Of a stretch of 33,870 nt of DNA, positions 25,381 through 33,870 are shown piece by piece. The notes beneath the pieces are model-generated. The model saw only the letters and a program-made list of their open reading frames with translations. It had not been told where the DNA came from and did not search any database. The DNA is from Actinomycetota bacterium (GTDB lineage Bacteria > Zhuqueibacterota > Zhuqueibacteria > Residuimicrobiales > Krinioviventaceae). Position 1 is the stretch's first letter. Every line of letters starts with the position of its first letter. Both the position numbers and the translations under genes were made by a program. The stretch spans positions 1 through 33,870 of the forward strand of contig JAACEJ010000001.1 of NCBI GenBank assembly GCA_011682565.1, read 5' to 3'.

Positions 25381-26037
25381 ATGAAAAAACGACTCGTTTT
25401 GCTTTTGATTGGTATTTATGCATTGTCGATGAGTTGCGCTTCAGGACTATCCGGTTTTAAGGAACCAACGAACGACCAAACCATGCTTGTCGTCGGCCAG
25501 GTCATCATCGAAGACAATTACTACACCCAGGAAACAGGCGTTTACAAAGAGGGCCTTGAAGTTGCCATCGTTGGAAAAACAGCGAACAATAAGATCGTCG
25601 GCTTGTGGACAAACACAGACGCAGACGGCTATTTTGCGATTGGTGATTTGCCAAAAGGAGAATATGCGCTCAAGGGTGTGCGTGCACTCATCGGTCGGGG
25701 ACAGATGGTAACAATTACCAATCGTCTGCGCCTTTCCAGCGACCGCTATATGGTAAGCAGCAAACCCACGATTATTTTTAATGCCCAGTACTTTCCTTTC
25801 GAACCCACCGGCCGTGTGATCAGTTTGCAGCATAACATTTTCCGACTGGATCGAATGAGCGCACAAACGAATCAGGTGGATTATAGATACAAATTTTTGT
25901 TAAAAGATCAGGAACTCGTCGACGGCAAGGTTTTAAATGAGGGGCCGGTTGAAAAACATTTTCTTGAAAAATATCCAGATAGCGCATGGAAAACGGCTTT
26001 GGAAGAAAGCGCCAAAGTCATGCGCTTCAGGCGTTGA
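25381..26037 (+). CDS. hypothetical lipoprotein with one carboxypeptidase-regulatory-like beta-sandwich
   Basis: Lipobox LSMSC. Motif TDADGYFAIGDLPKGEYALKG. SD AGGGAGAA upstream. Function not recognised. Confidence 0.65.
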   Translation: MKKRLVLLLIGIYALSMSCASGLSGFKEPTNDQTMLVVGQVIIEDNYYTQETGVYKEGLEVAIVGKTANNKIVGLWTNTDADGYFAIGDLPKGEYALKGVRALIGRGQMVTITNRLRLSSDRYMVSSKPTIIFNAQYFPFEPTGRVISLQHNIFRLDRMSAQTNQVDYRYKFLLKDQELVDGKVLNEGPVEKHFLEKYPDSAWKTALEESAKVMRFRR

Positions 26038-26043
26038 GGTGAT

Positions 26044-28212
26044 TTGAAAGACTTGAAAGAAAGGGTTGCGGAACTGCTCATCTCCGAACCCTTTCACACA
26101 TTTAAAGCGAAAGAAATCGCCCACACTCTGAGCATTCCCAGGGATGAATATCAAAACCTTCGGGCAAGCCTCCGCATGCTCGTTCGCGATGGAAGAATTC
26201 TCAAGTTCAAAAAAAATCGTTATGGTGCCGGGCAAGCCGCTTCCGAGGTCGTCGGCAAGCTTCTGGTGAAGGCGCAGGGATACGGCTTTATTATTCCGGA
26301 TGAAGGCGAAGACGTCTTTGTGAGTCAAAAAAACATGGGGATCGCTTTGCACAAAGATATCGTGCGAGCGCGTCTTTTCGCAAAGTCGGAAGGAAAAACC
26401 CGCGAAGGCCAGGTTGTTGAGATCATCCAACGTGCACGAAATAAAATTGTCGGTGTTTTTCGCACGGGTCGTCGCTACAGCTATGTCATCCCCGATGACC
26501 TGAAGATTCAACGCGATATTGTCATTGCCCAAGGTGATGAAGCCGGAGCGTCAAACGGGCAAAAAGTGGTGGTCGAAATTGATGTTTGGGAACATGAAGC
26601 GGTGAATCCGTTTGGGCATGTCGCGCAAGTCCTTGGATTTCCCGAAGACCAGGGCGTGGACATCCTTTCCATCATCTACGGTTTTGAACTGCCGACTTTT
26701 TTTCCAAGCCAGGTTTTGGCCGAAGCCGAGCGAACCTCGACAGTTATTCCCGAAAAAGAAATTGCCCGCCGTCTTGACTTACGGGATACCATTACATTAA
26801 CGATCGATCCGAAAGATGCCAAGGATTTTGATGACGCGGTATCGCTTAAAGTTTTGGAGAATGGGAACTATCAGGTAGGAGTCCACATTGCGGATGTGAG
26901 CCACTACATTCGCAAAGGAAATGCGCTGGATGACGAAGCATTGCAAAGGGGCACTTCGGTTTATCTGGTCGATCGCGTTGTGCCAATGCTGCCGGAAAAA
27001 ATTTCCAATGAAATTTGCAGTCTTGTGGAAAACAAAGACAAGCTGTGTTTCAGCGTCATCATGGAACTGACGGATAAAGCTCATCTCGTTTCCTATAAAA
27101 TTCGTGAGACCGTCATTAACAGTAAAAAGCGCTTTAATTACAATCAGGTGCAGGAAATATTGGAGGGAAAGCGCAAAAGCGAATTTGCATCTGTTTTGAA
27201 ACAAATGCACAAGCTGTCAAAAATGCTCATCAAAAAGCGCAAGCAGCGCGGCAGTATAGATTTTGAAAGTATGGAACTGGAAATCGAGTTGGATGACAAA
27301 GGTCTTCCGACAGCACTTAAACGACGGGTGAGAACAGATTCCCACCGCCTCATTGAGGAATTTATGCTCCTGGCAAATGAAACGGTCGCGCAGCATGTTG
27401 GCCAGGTTTTATCCAAAAAAACCGGGGACTCGATTCCATTCGTTTACCGCATCCATGAAAAGCCGGATGCAGCGAGCATGACCGACCTCGTTAATGTGGC
27501 AAACGGATTCGGCGTTCCGGTCGCGCAGCCAAAGCGCGTTACCCCGAAATTTTTTCAAAAGCTGTCGACGCAATTTCAGGCCAGCCCGGCTTCGGCAATT
27601 CTGGAAGACGCACTGCTGAGAGCAATGATGAAGGCCAGGTACAGCACCCAAAACGAGGGGCATTTTGGATTGGCCTATCGATATTATACTCATTTCACAT
27701 CACCCATTCGCCGCTATCCTGATTTGATTGTGCACCGGCTTTTAAAAGAATATTCGCAGTATCCTGAAAACCCGTCGGTGAAAGAGGGGACTTTGTCCGA
27801 GGTATGTGTTAAAGCCAATGAGAGCGAGGTTCGTGCTCAGGAGGCGGAACGCGCAACAGTAAAGCTGAAACAAGTCGAATACCTGGAAAGACACATTGGC
27901 GATACTTTTGAAGGCATCATTTCACGGATCGTTGCCTTTGGTCTTTTTGTTAAAATACCCGAGTTCCTCGTTGACGGACTGGTGCATGTTTCTACCTTGC
28001 AAGGTGACTATTATATTTACGATGAAAGTAAATATTCCCTGATCGGGCAATACAGTGGTAAAAAATATCGCCTTGGGGATCCTGTAAAAGTACAAATTGT
28101 TCGCGTTGACCGTAATGAAAGATTAATTGATTTTGAGCTTGCCCAAAAGGATGCCAAAAAGGTCAATCGTCGTCCACGACGCCGTTCCGGAACCGGTTCG
28201 CATAAATCGTAA
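26044..28212 (+). CDS. rnr: ribonuclease R
   Basis: N-terminal winged-helix/OB region. RNB motifs TIDPKDAKDFDDAVS and HFGLAYRYYTHFTSPIRRYPDL. C-terminal S1 domain (FEGIISRIVAFGLFVKI) and a basic tail. TTG start with SD GAGGTG. Confidence 0.92.
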   Translation: MKDLKERVAELLISEPFHTFKAKEIAHTLSIPRDEYQNLRASLRMLVRDGRILKFKKNRYGAGQAASEVVGKLLVKAQGYGFIIPDEGEDVFVSQKNMGIALHKDIVRARLFAKSEGKTREGQVVEIIQRARNKIVGVFRTGRRYSYVIPDDLKIQRDIVIAQGDEAGASNGQKVVVEIDVWEHEAVNPFGHVAQVLGFPEDQGVDILSIIYGFELPTFFPSQVLAEAERTSTVIPEKEIARRLDLRDTITLTIDPKDAKDFDDAVSLKVLENGNYQVGVHIADVSHYIRKGNALDDEALQRGTSVYLVDRVVPMLPEKISNEICSLVENKDKLCFSVIMELTDKAHLVSYKIRETVINSKKRFNYNQVQEILEGKRKSEFASVLKQMHKLSKMLIKKRKQRGSIDFESMELEIELDDKGLPTALKRRVRTDSHRLIEEFMLLANETVAQHVGQVLSKKTGDSIPFVYRIHEKPDAASMTDLVNVANGFGVPVAQPKRVTPKFFQKLSTQFQASPASAILEDALLRAMMKARYSTQNEGHFGLAYRYYTHFTSPIRRYPDLIVHRLLKEYSQYPENPSVKEGTLSEVCVKANESEVRAQEAERATVKLKQVEYLERHIGDTFEGIISRIVAFGLFVKIPEFLVDGLVHVSTLQGDYYIYDESKYSLIGQYSGKKYRLGDPVKVQIVRVDRNERLIDFELAQKDAKKVNRRPRRRSGTGSHKS

Positions 28213-28230
28213 AAAATTCCCGGGAAAAAA

Positions 28231-28938
28231 ATGCCAATTTTAAAAACAAGATTACTGGACAGAAAACCACTAGCTGAAAATACCGTGGAATTCATTCTTG
28301 AGAAACCGGTGGGAATGGATTTTATTGCGGGCCAAAACGTCAACATCAAATTGGCGGAACTTTTTTATGAGGATAAAAAGGGGCTGCGACGCACTTTTAC
28401 GATTGCTTCATCGCCGCAGGAAAGCGAATTGATCATTGCGACACGAATGACCGGCAGCGGGTTTAAAAAAACTTTTGCCGAAATGCCATTGGAAAGCGAA
28501 ATCGAATTTGTTGGTCCCAATGGAAAATTTTATCTCGATGACGATTCGACGGATATTGTTCTCATCGCCGGTGGGATCGGTATTACCCCGTTTCGCAGTA
28601 TGATTTTGGATGCCGTGGCCACAAAGAAATCTGTTCCAATGGTTCTTTTGTATTCGAATGCAAATCCTGAACGCGCTGCATACCATAATCTTTTCGGCCA
28701 GCTAGGCGAATCTTTGCCGGACTTGATATATATTCCGACAATGACACATTCTGAAAACTGGGGCGGCGAAACGGCAAGAATCGATCTCGAATTTCTGAAA
28801 AAAAATATAACGGATATTGAAAACAAGGAGTATTATCTTTGCGGCCCGCCGGGGATGGTAAACGAGGTAAAAGAAATGCTTTTGCAGCAAAACATTCCTG
28901 AAGCAAGCGTCCGGTTTGAAGCATTTTGGGGATATTAA
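28231..28938 (+). CDS. FNR-like flavoprotein oxidoreductase (FAD-binding plus NAD(P)-binding domains, no Fe-S domain)
   Basis: RRTFTIASSP (RxYS-type FAD motif), NAD(P) motif VLIAGGIGITPFRSM, and C-terminal YLCGPPGMV. Confidence 0.8.
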   Translation: MPILKTRLLDRKPLAENTVEFILEKPVGMDFIAGQNVNIKLAELFYEDKKGLRRTFTIASSPQESELIIATRMTGSGFKKTFAEMPLESEIEFVGPNGKFYLDDDSTDIVLIAGGIGITPFRSMILDAVATKKSVPMVLLYSNANPERAAYHNLFGQLGESLPDLIYIPTMTHSENWGGETARIDLEFLKKNITDIENKEYYLCGPPGMVNEVKEMLLQQNIPEASVRFEAFWGY

Positions 28939-29022
28939 TGGGAATACCCGGGGAAAATAAGTGTTAACAGCAAAAAGGGGATTTTTATTTTTCCTTCATC
29001 CATCCAATAAAAAGGAGGTCCC

Positions 29023-30393
29023 ATGAGAAAAGGGTTTTATTTCATCGGTTTGGCGCTGTTTGCCATCGTTATCAGCGCAGCAATCCAATCTCCCGACGAA
29101 CCGCAGTTTGTCAAAGGGGAGCTATTGGTCAAGTTCAGCTCCGGCGTTACAACGCAAGCCATTGAAGCTTCGATCTCCCAACTTGGTACACAGTCCGTGG
29201 AATTGATAAATGCTATCGGTGTAAGGAAACTGAAAATTGTAACAAGCCAAAGTGTCAAGGACGCAGTACAAAAATTCAGCGCATTGCCAAATGTTATTTA
29301 TGCTGAACCCAATTATATTTACCATGCATTTAATACACCCAACGATCCGAGCTTGAACAAGTTGTGGGGAATGAACAATACAGGTCAAACAAGTGGCCTG
29401 GATGACGCAGACATCGATGCACCGGAGGCCTGGGACATCACCACCGGCAGCGATCAGGTCATCATCGGCGTTATAGATACCGGTGTTGACTATAAACATG
29501 CTGATTTAGCCGCAAACATTTACACCAATCCCGGCGAAGATGCCTGGACCATCCCCGGCGATCCATCTTCCGGAAACGGCATTGACGATGACGGCAACGG
29601 AAAAATCGATGACTGGAAGGGATGGAATTTTATTTCCGACAGCAATAACCCAATGGATGACAACATGCATGGGACGCATGTTTCAGGAACGATCGGTGCT
29701 GTTGGTAATAATAATGTTGGTGTTGTTGGTGTAAACTGGACAGTAAAAATTATGCCGCTCAAGTTCCTTGGGAGTGACGGCAGTGGTGATACCGATGATG
29801 CCATTAAAGCGATTATTTACGCAACGGATATGGGCGCCAAGGTTCTCAGCAACAGTTGGGGCGGCGGCGGATATTCCAGTGCCCTGGAAGACGCCATCAA
29901 ATATGCCAATGACCACGGCGTCCTTTTTGTCGCTGCCGCCGGAAATGACGGCGTAAACACAGACATTACACCGAATTATCCGTCCAATTATAATGTGGCA
30001 AATGTCATTTCCGTTGCTGCATCCGACCACAGCGACCAGCGGGCACTCTGGGGAAGCGGCGGCGGTGGCGGTGATGGCTGTGGCCTGGTGTGCAGTAAGG
30101 CTGTCGCTGCAACACCCGGCTCAAATTACGGTCCCAAAACCGTCGATTTGGCTGCACCCGGAAAAGATATTTACAGTACGGTTCCGGGCGGCTACTCCAG
30201 TCTCTCCGGCACTTCCATGGCAACACCACACGTTGCCGGCGCGGCCGGTTTGCTTCTTGCCAAATCACCGGACATGACTGCAATACAAATCAAAGACAGG
30301 CTGCTTTCAACCGTAGACGTCCTGCCTTCTTTTGAAAATATTGTTGTTTCAGGCGGAAGACTGAATGTTGCGAATGCGCTGCAAGGGCTGTAA
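29023..30393 (+). CDS. secreted S8 subtilisin-family serine peptidase with an I9-like propeptide
   Basis: Catalytic triad contexts VIDTGVD, HGTHVSGTIGA and SGTSMATPHVAGAAGLL. Signal peptide. Ca-loop-like DDDGNGKIDD. SD AAGGAGG upstream. Confidence 0.9.
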   Translation: MRKGFYFIGLALFAIVISAAIQSPDEPQFVKGELLVKFSSGVTTQAIEASISQLGTQSVELINAIGVRKLKIVTSQSVKDAVQKFSALPNVIYAEPNYIYHAFNTPNDPSLNKLWGMNNTGQTSGLDDADIDAPEAWDITTGSDQVIIGVIDTGVDYKHADLAANIYTNPGEDAWTIPGDPSSGNGIDDDGNGKIDDWKGWNFISDSNNPMDDNMHGTHVSGTIGAVGNNNVGVVGVNWTVKIMPLKFLGSDGSGDTDDAIKAIIYATDMGAKVLSNSWGGGGYSSALEDAIKYANDHGVLFVAAAGNDGVNTDITPNYPSNYNVANVISVAASDHSDQRALWGSGGGGGDGCGLVCSKAVAATPGSNYGPKTVDLAAPGKDIYSTVPGGYSSLSGTSMATPHVAGAAGLLLAKSPDMTAIQIKDRLLSTVDVLPSFENIVVSGGRLNVANALQGL

Positions 30394-30468
30394 AGCGGTG
30401 CTTAACATGTTCTGTTTGATGGCTTTAAAACAAGATAGGATATCGAAAAGCTACTTCCCCAAGAGATT

Positions 30469-30499
30469 ACAAAACCCCGGGTCTGATCCGGGGTTTTGT
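30469..30499 (+). terminator. stem-loop ACAAAACCCCGG-gtctgat-CCGGGGTTTTGT
   Basis: Perfect 12-bp stem, 76 nt after the peptidase stop. The T-tract is short (TTTTGT inside the stem end). Confidence 0.6.
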
Positions 30500-30670
30500 A
30501 CATTTACACAATCGGGGATTTGATCCGGCTTTCAGTTAAGCCCTGCTCGCCCGAAAAATCCAAGTAAAAAACGCTCAATGTAAAATCCTCCACATTAGTT
30601 CTTGGAACAAAAAAATAGGTTTATTATCTTTACAGCCAAAACAACCACGACGCAACTGTGAGGATTTGTA

Positions 30671-33600
30671 GTGTTATTTTCGCATAATGAAATTCTGGCC
30701 GGTTTGGATATCGGATCAGTAAGTGCCCGGCTCGTTGTCCTTCTCTCCCCGGATACCGATCTTTTGTTTACTCAAAATCGTAAAATTGATTCCTTTTTTA
30801 CAAGTATTTCCGATTCCGGGAGCTACCGCTTATTTACCTCAAAAAGCGTGCAAGTCCTTGGTGATCCTTTTCAGGCTGCACGAGTGTTACTGAGAACACT
30901 TTTGCAAATTATTCCGGAAAATATTCAGATTAAGCTACAGGCAACCGGCTCGCAGGCGAATCGTATTTCTCAACTTGTTGAAATTCCCCATGTAAACGAA
31001 TTTAAGGCGATTAGCCGCGGTGTTGTCGAACTCGTACCCGATGCAAATACGATATTTGAAATCGGCGGCAATGGCTCCCGTTATATCCGTGTGGTTTTTG
31101 ACGCAGCCAACGATGAATTATCCATTCTGGACTATCAACGAAACGGCGAATGCGCAGCGGGAACAGGTTCGTTTATCGATCAACAGGCAGCGCGGCTCAG
31201 GTACGATATCGAAGAAATTGGCCCGCTCGTGCTTCAGGCCAAAGAAGGTGCAAACATTGCCGGTCGCTGCTCGGTATTTGCAAAATCGGATATGGTGCAC
31301 GCGCAACAGCGTGGCTATTCACCGGCCGCCATTTTCAAAGGACTTTGTCAAGCGGTTGTACGCAATTACAAAGGAACCGTTTTGCGCGGCAAAGAACTGG
31401 TTCCCAAGGTCGTGTTTGTCGGCGGTGTGGCAGCCAACCTCGGCGTCGTTGCAGCGGTTCGGGATATTTTCGATTTGCAGGATGACGATCTGGTTGTGCC
31501 CCAGCTTCACGCTTATGTTGGTGCGTTAGGCTGTGCTTTGCAGAAAGAAGCGCCTTATTTCCAAAGACATCTTTTAGAGCGTTTGGATTCGTACACACAA
31601 GAAACCGCAAAAAGCTCTTCCGCCCGTTTACAGGTCGGCCAGGTCCGCTTTCCGGATGAAGCTGTTTTCGAATCCGGCTATAAAGAATATGAGGGAATCA
31701 TCGATGCCTATCTGGGAATCGATATAGGCTCGGTAAGCACCAACTTTGTCTTGCTGGACACGTCCGGTCGGGTATTGGATGAAATTTATACACGCACGGA
31801 TGGACGCCCCATTGAAGTGGTGCAGCGCGAATTTGACGGCTGGCGTGAAAAATGGGGACAAAAGTTGAACATCCTTGGCGTCGGCACCACAGGTTCCGGC
31901 CGCGAATTGATCGGCGAACTGGTTGGCGCAGATGCGATTCACGATGAAATTACCGCCCACAAAACAGGCGCCGGTTATATCGCCAAAACGCTGCACAATG
32001 AAAAAGTGGACACTATTTTTGAAATTGGCGGCCAGGATTCAAAATTTATCTCTATCGAAAATGGCGTTGTTGTTGATTTTGCGATGAACGAAGCCTGTGC
32101 TGCCGGTACCGGTTCTTTTCTTGAAGAGCAGGCATCCAAGCTGGGCATTTCAATAAAAGAAGATTTTGCCCGTTTCGCGCTTAGCACGGAAACGCCCGTG
32201 CAGATGGGTGAACGCTGCACTGTTTTCATGGAAAAAGACGTTACCGCCTATATGCAGCAAGGCGTAGCCAAGGAAGATATCACAGCCGGGCTTGCGCTGG
32301 CGGTTGTGCAAAACTATCTCAACCGGGTTGTACGCGGAAGAAAAATTGGCGAGGTTATTTATTTCCAGGGCGGCACGGCGTATAATAAATCCGTTGCCGC
32401 AGCTTTTGCAACGGTTTTGCACAAAAAGATTATTGTCCCGCCGCACAATGGTGTCATGGGCGCTATTGGCGCTGCTCTGCTGGCTAAAGATAAAGTGGAA
32501 AATTTGGGCATTACAACCCGTTTCCGCGGATTTGATCTTTCGCTCGTTACTTTCAAGGTCAGGCATTTCACCTGTAAAGCCTGCTCCAATCTGTGCGATA
32601 TGCAGCAAGTAACCGTCGAGGGCGAAAAGACCTATTGGGGCGACAAATGTTCGGAGCGTTTTCGTAAAAAACGAAAAGTACAGCGCAAGGCGATTATTCC
32701 CGATCTCGTTGAAGTTTATTTAAATTTACTCCGGGAACGCACTCCCGGGCCGGACGGTTTGGGGCTGCGCATCGGCATTCCCCGCTCTCTTTATTTCTAT
32801 GACCGTTACCCGTTCTGGGCAACCTATTTTGGCGAACTTGGCGCGGAAGTCGTGCTCTCGGATTTGACGCACAAGAAAATTGTCGCGCAAGGGAAAGAAC
32901 TGACTTTGTCGGAGCCATGCTTTCCCGTTGTCGCCAGTCATGGTCATTTCAAAGATGTTTTTGATAAAAATGTGGATTATGTTTTTATTCCCAATGTTAT
33001 CAATGCAGAAACGGATGACCCTGAGCGGGAATCCTGGTTTTGTCCCTGGGGACAAACATTACCCCTGGTGTTGAAAAATACTCTTGCCGGAACAGGCATG
33101 GATGAGATTATTCTTTCACCCAACATTCGTTTCCGTAACGGCGAGGATGCGGTTAAAAAGGCACTCGAACCGCTGGCGCGGCAGCTTGGCGTTTCAAAAA
33201 AGAAAAGTAACGCAGCGGTTGCGCTCGCTTATCAAATACAAGCATCATTCAGAACACGGATTAAAGACATTGGCCGCCGGGTTTTACAAACCCTCGAAGA
33301 AAATAATGAAAGCGGCGTCGTCATCATTGGCAGGCCGTACAATATTTACGATGCCGGGTTAAATTTGCGCGTACCGGGAAAACTGCGCGACGATTACGGC
33401 ATAAATGTCATTCCTATGGATTTTTTACCTTTTGAAAACACGTCCATCCGCGACATCCACGACAACATGTTCTGGAATTATGGCCGACGCATTCTCCAGG
33501 CGGCAAAGTATGTCGGCGAACATGCAAATTTGCATGTGGTTTATTTTACCAATTTTAAATGCGGGCCGGATTCCTATATTAAACATTTTGTCCGCGATAC

Positions 33601-33775
33601 CCTCGGCTCACCTTATCTGACGCTTCAGTTTGACGATCACAGCAACGACGCCGGCATTATGACGCGCTGCGAAGCGTATCTGGAAAGCAAGGATTTGCTG
33701 AGGGTTGTTTCCGCAACAAAGAAAGAGAACAAGCTGGATCGTAAAGTTGTTATTGCGGGGAAAGTGAGCAAATGA
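30671..33775 (+). CDS. acyl-CoA dehydratase activase-related protein (two BcrAD/BadFG/HgdC-type ATPase domains plus a C-terminal DUF2229-like region)
   Basis: Two actin-fold ATPase units (LDIGSVSARL..NGECAAGTGSFIDQQA..GRCSVFAKSD and IDIGSVSTNF..NEACAAGTGSFLEEQA..ERCTVFMEKD). Cys-rich FTCKACSNLCD...GDKCSERF. Long C-terminal domain. GTG start with SD GAGGA. Confidence 0.85.
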   Translation: MLFSHNEILAGLDIGSVSARLVVLLSPDTDLLFTQNRKIDSFFTSISDSGSYRLFTSKSVQVLGDPFQAARVLLRTLLQIIPENIQIKLQATGSQANRISQLVEIPHVNEFKAISRGVVELVPDANTIFEIGGNGSRYIRVVFDAANDELSILDYQRNGECAAGTGSFIDQQAARLRYDIEEIGPLVLQAKEGANIAGRCSVFAKSDMVHAQQRGYSPAAIFKGLCQAVVRNYKGTVLRGKELVPKVVFVGGVAANLGVVAAVRDIFDLQDDDLVVPQLHAYVGALGCALQKEAPYFQRHLLERLDSYTQETAKSSSARLQVGQVRFPDEAVFESGYKEYEGIIDAYLGIDIGSVSTNFVLLDTSGRVLDEIYTRTDGRPIEVVQREFDGWREKWGQKLNILGVGTTGSGRELIGELVGADAIHDEITAHKTGAGYIAKTLHNEKVDTIFEIGGQDSKFISIENGVVVDFAMNEACAAGTGSFLEEQASKLGISIKEDFARFALSTETPVQMGERCTVFMEKDVTAYMQQGVAKEDITAGLALAVVQNYLNRVVRGRKIGEVIYFQGGTAYNKSVAAAFATVLHKKIIVPPHNGVMGAIGAALLAKDKVENLGITTRFRGFDLSLVTFKVRHFTCKACSNLCDMQQVTVEGEKTYWGDKCSERFRKKRKVQRKAIIPDLVEVYLNLLRERTPGPDGLGLRIGIPRSLYFYDRYPFWATYFGELGAEVVLSDLTHKKIVAQGKELTLSEPCFPVVASHGHFKDVFDKNVDYVFIPNVINAETDDPERESWFCPWGQTLPLVLKNTLAGTGMDEIILSPNIRFRNGEDAVKKALEPLARQLGVSKKKSNAAVALAYQIQASFRTRIKDIGRRVLQTLEENNESGVVIIGRPYNIYDAGLNLRVPGKLRDDYGINVIPMDFLPFENTSIRDIHDNMFWNYGRRILQAAKYVGEHANLHVVYFTNFKCGPDSYIKHFVRDTLGSPYLTLQFDDHSNDAGIMTRCEAYLESKDLLRVVSATKKENKLDRKVVIAGKVSK

Positions 33776-33870
33776 AAAATGAGTGCGCCAAGCAAAGCTA
33801 ATATAATCAAGCCGGACAATCCGGCACGTGTAACGGTTAGCCACCGGCACGGAACTAAACCATGAGTGTG

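Noticed and set aside
25933-26532. 199-aa minus-strand ORF overlapping the lipoprotein end and the RNase R start
   Set aside because: It is antisense to two strongly supported genes and has no motifs, so it is a shadow ORF.
28950-28994. Possible hairpin GGAAAATAA...TTATTTTTCC after the FNR-like gene
   Set aside because: The stem is AT-only with a bulge and has very low predicted stability. It is not convincing as a terminator.
33779-33865. 28-aa ORF MSAPSKANIIKPDNPARVTVSHRHGTKP after the activase gene
   Set aside because: It is too short, has only a weak SD and no recognisable motif. It is mentioned in a finding as context but is not called as a gene.
1-33870. Genomic island, prophage or defence-system signature
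   Set aside because: There are no integrase, transposase, phage structural, restriction-modification, toxin-antitoxin, Cas or nucleotide-signalling genes, and no flanking tRNA or long direct repeats. Gene content is housekeeping plus glycan metabolism.

Overview
The window appears to be ordinary chromosomal DNA from an uncultured bacterium, with about 21 intact, tightly packed genes. A T9SS-type C-terminal sorting domain, strong Shine-Dalgarno sites and many lipoprotein signal peptides suggest an FCB-superphylum-like lineage (Ignavibacteriota, Calditrichota or KSB1-like). That placement is a guess. All calls come from reading motifs, with no database search.

Gene order, left to right:
- a 5'-truncated sigma-54 enhancer-binding protein (EBP), followed by a good -24/-12 promoter and a small membrane protein
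- a secreted DUF302 protein and a polytopic membrane protein
- a minus-strand glycan-processing lipoprotein trio: sialate-O-acetylesterase-like, HEAT-repeat/2xDUF1080, and GH78 alpha-L-rhamnosidase with PA14
- PpiD-like chaperone
- a NifS-like cysteine desulfurase fused to SelD
- a 923-aa protein with seven tandem beta-sandwich repeats and a T9SS tail
- rpmE, DUF1385, prfA, prmC
- phosphomannomutase/phosphoglucomutase, a lipoprotein, RNase R
- an FNR-like flavoprotein reductase, an S8 subtilase, and a 1034-aa double-ATPase acyl-CoA-dehydratase-activase-like protein

I saw no tRNA, rRNA, CRISPR array, transposase, integrase or obvious defence genes. No clear-cut novel system stands out. The best candidates for follow-up are the self-contained sigma-54 unit, the NifS-SelD fusion, the HEAT-DUF1080 lipoprotein within the glycan cluster, the seven-repeat T9SS cargo behind a sigma-54-like promoter, and the palindromic REP/MITE-like elements inserted in the translation-factor operon.
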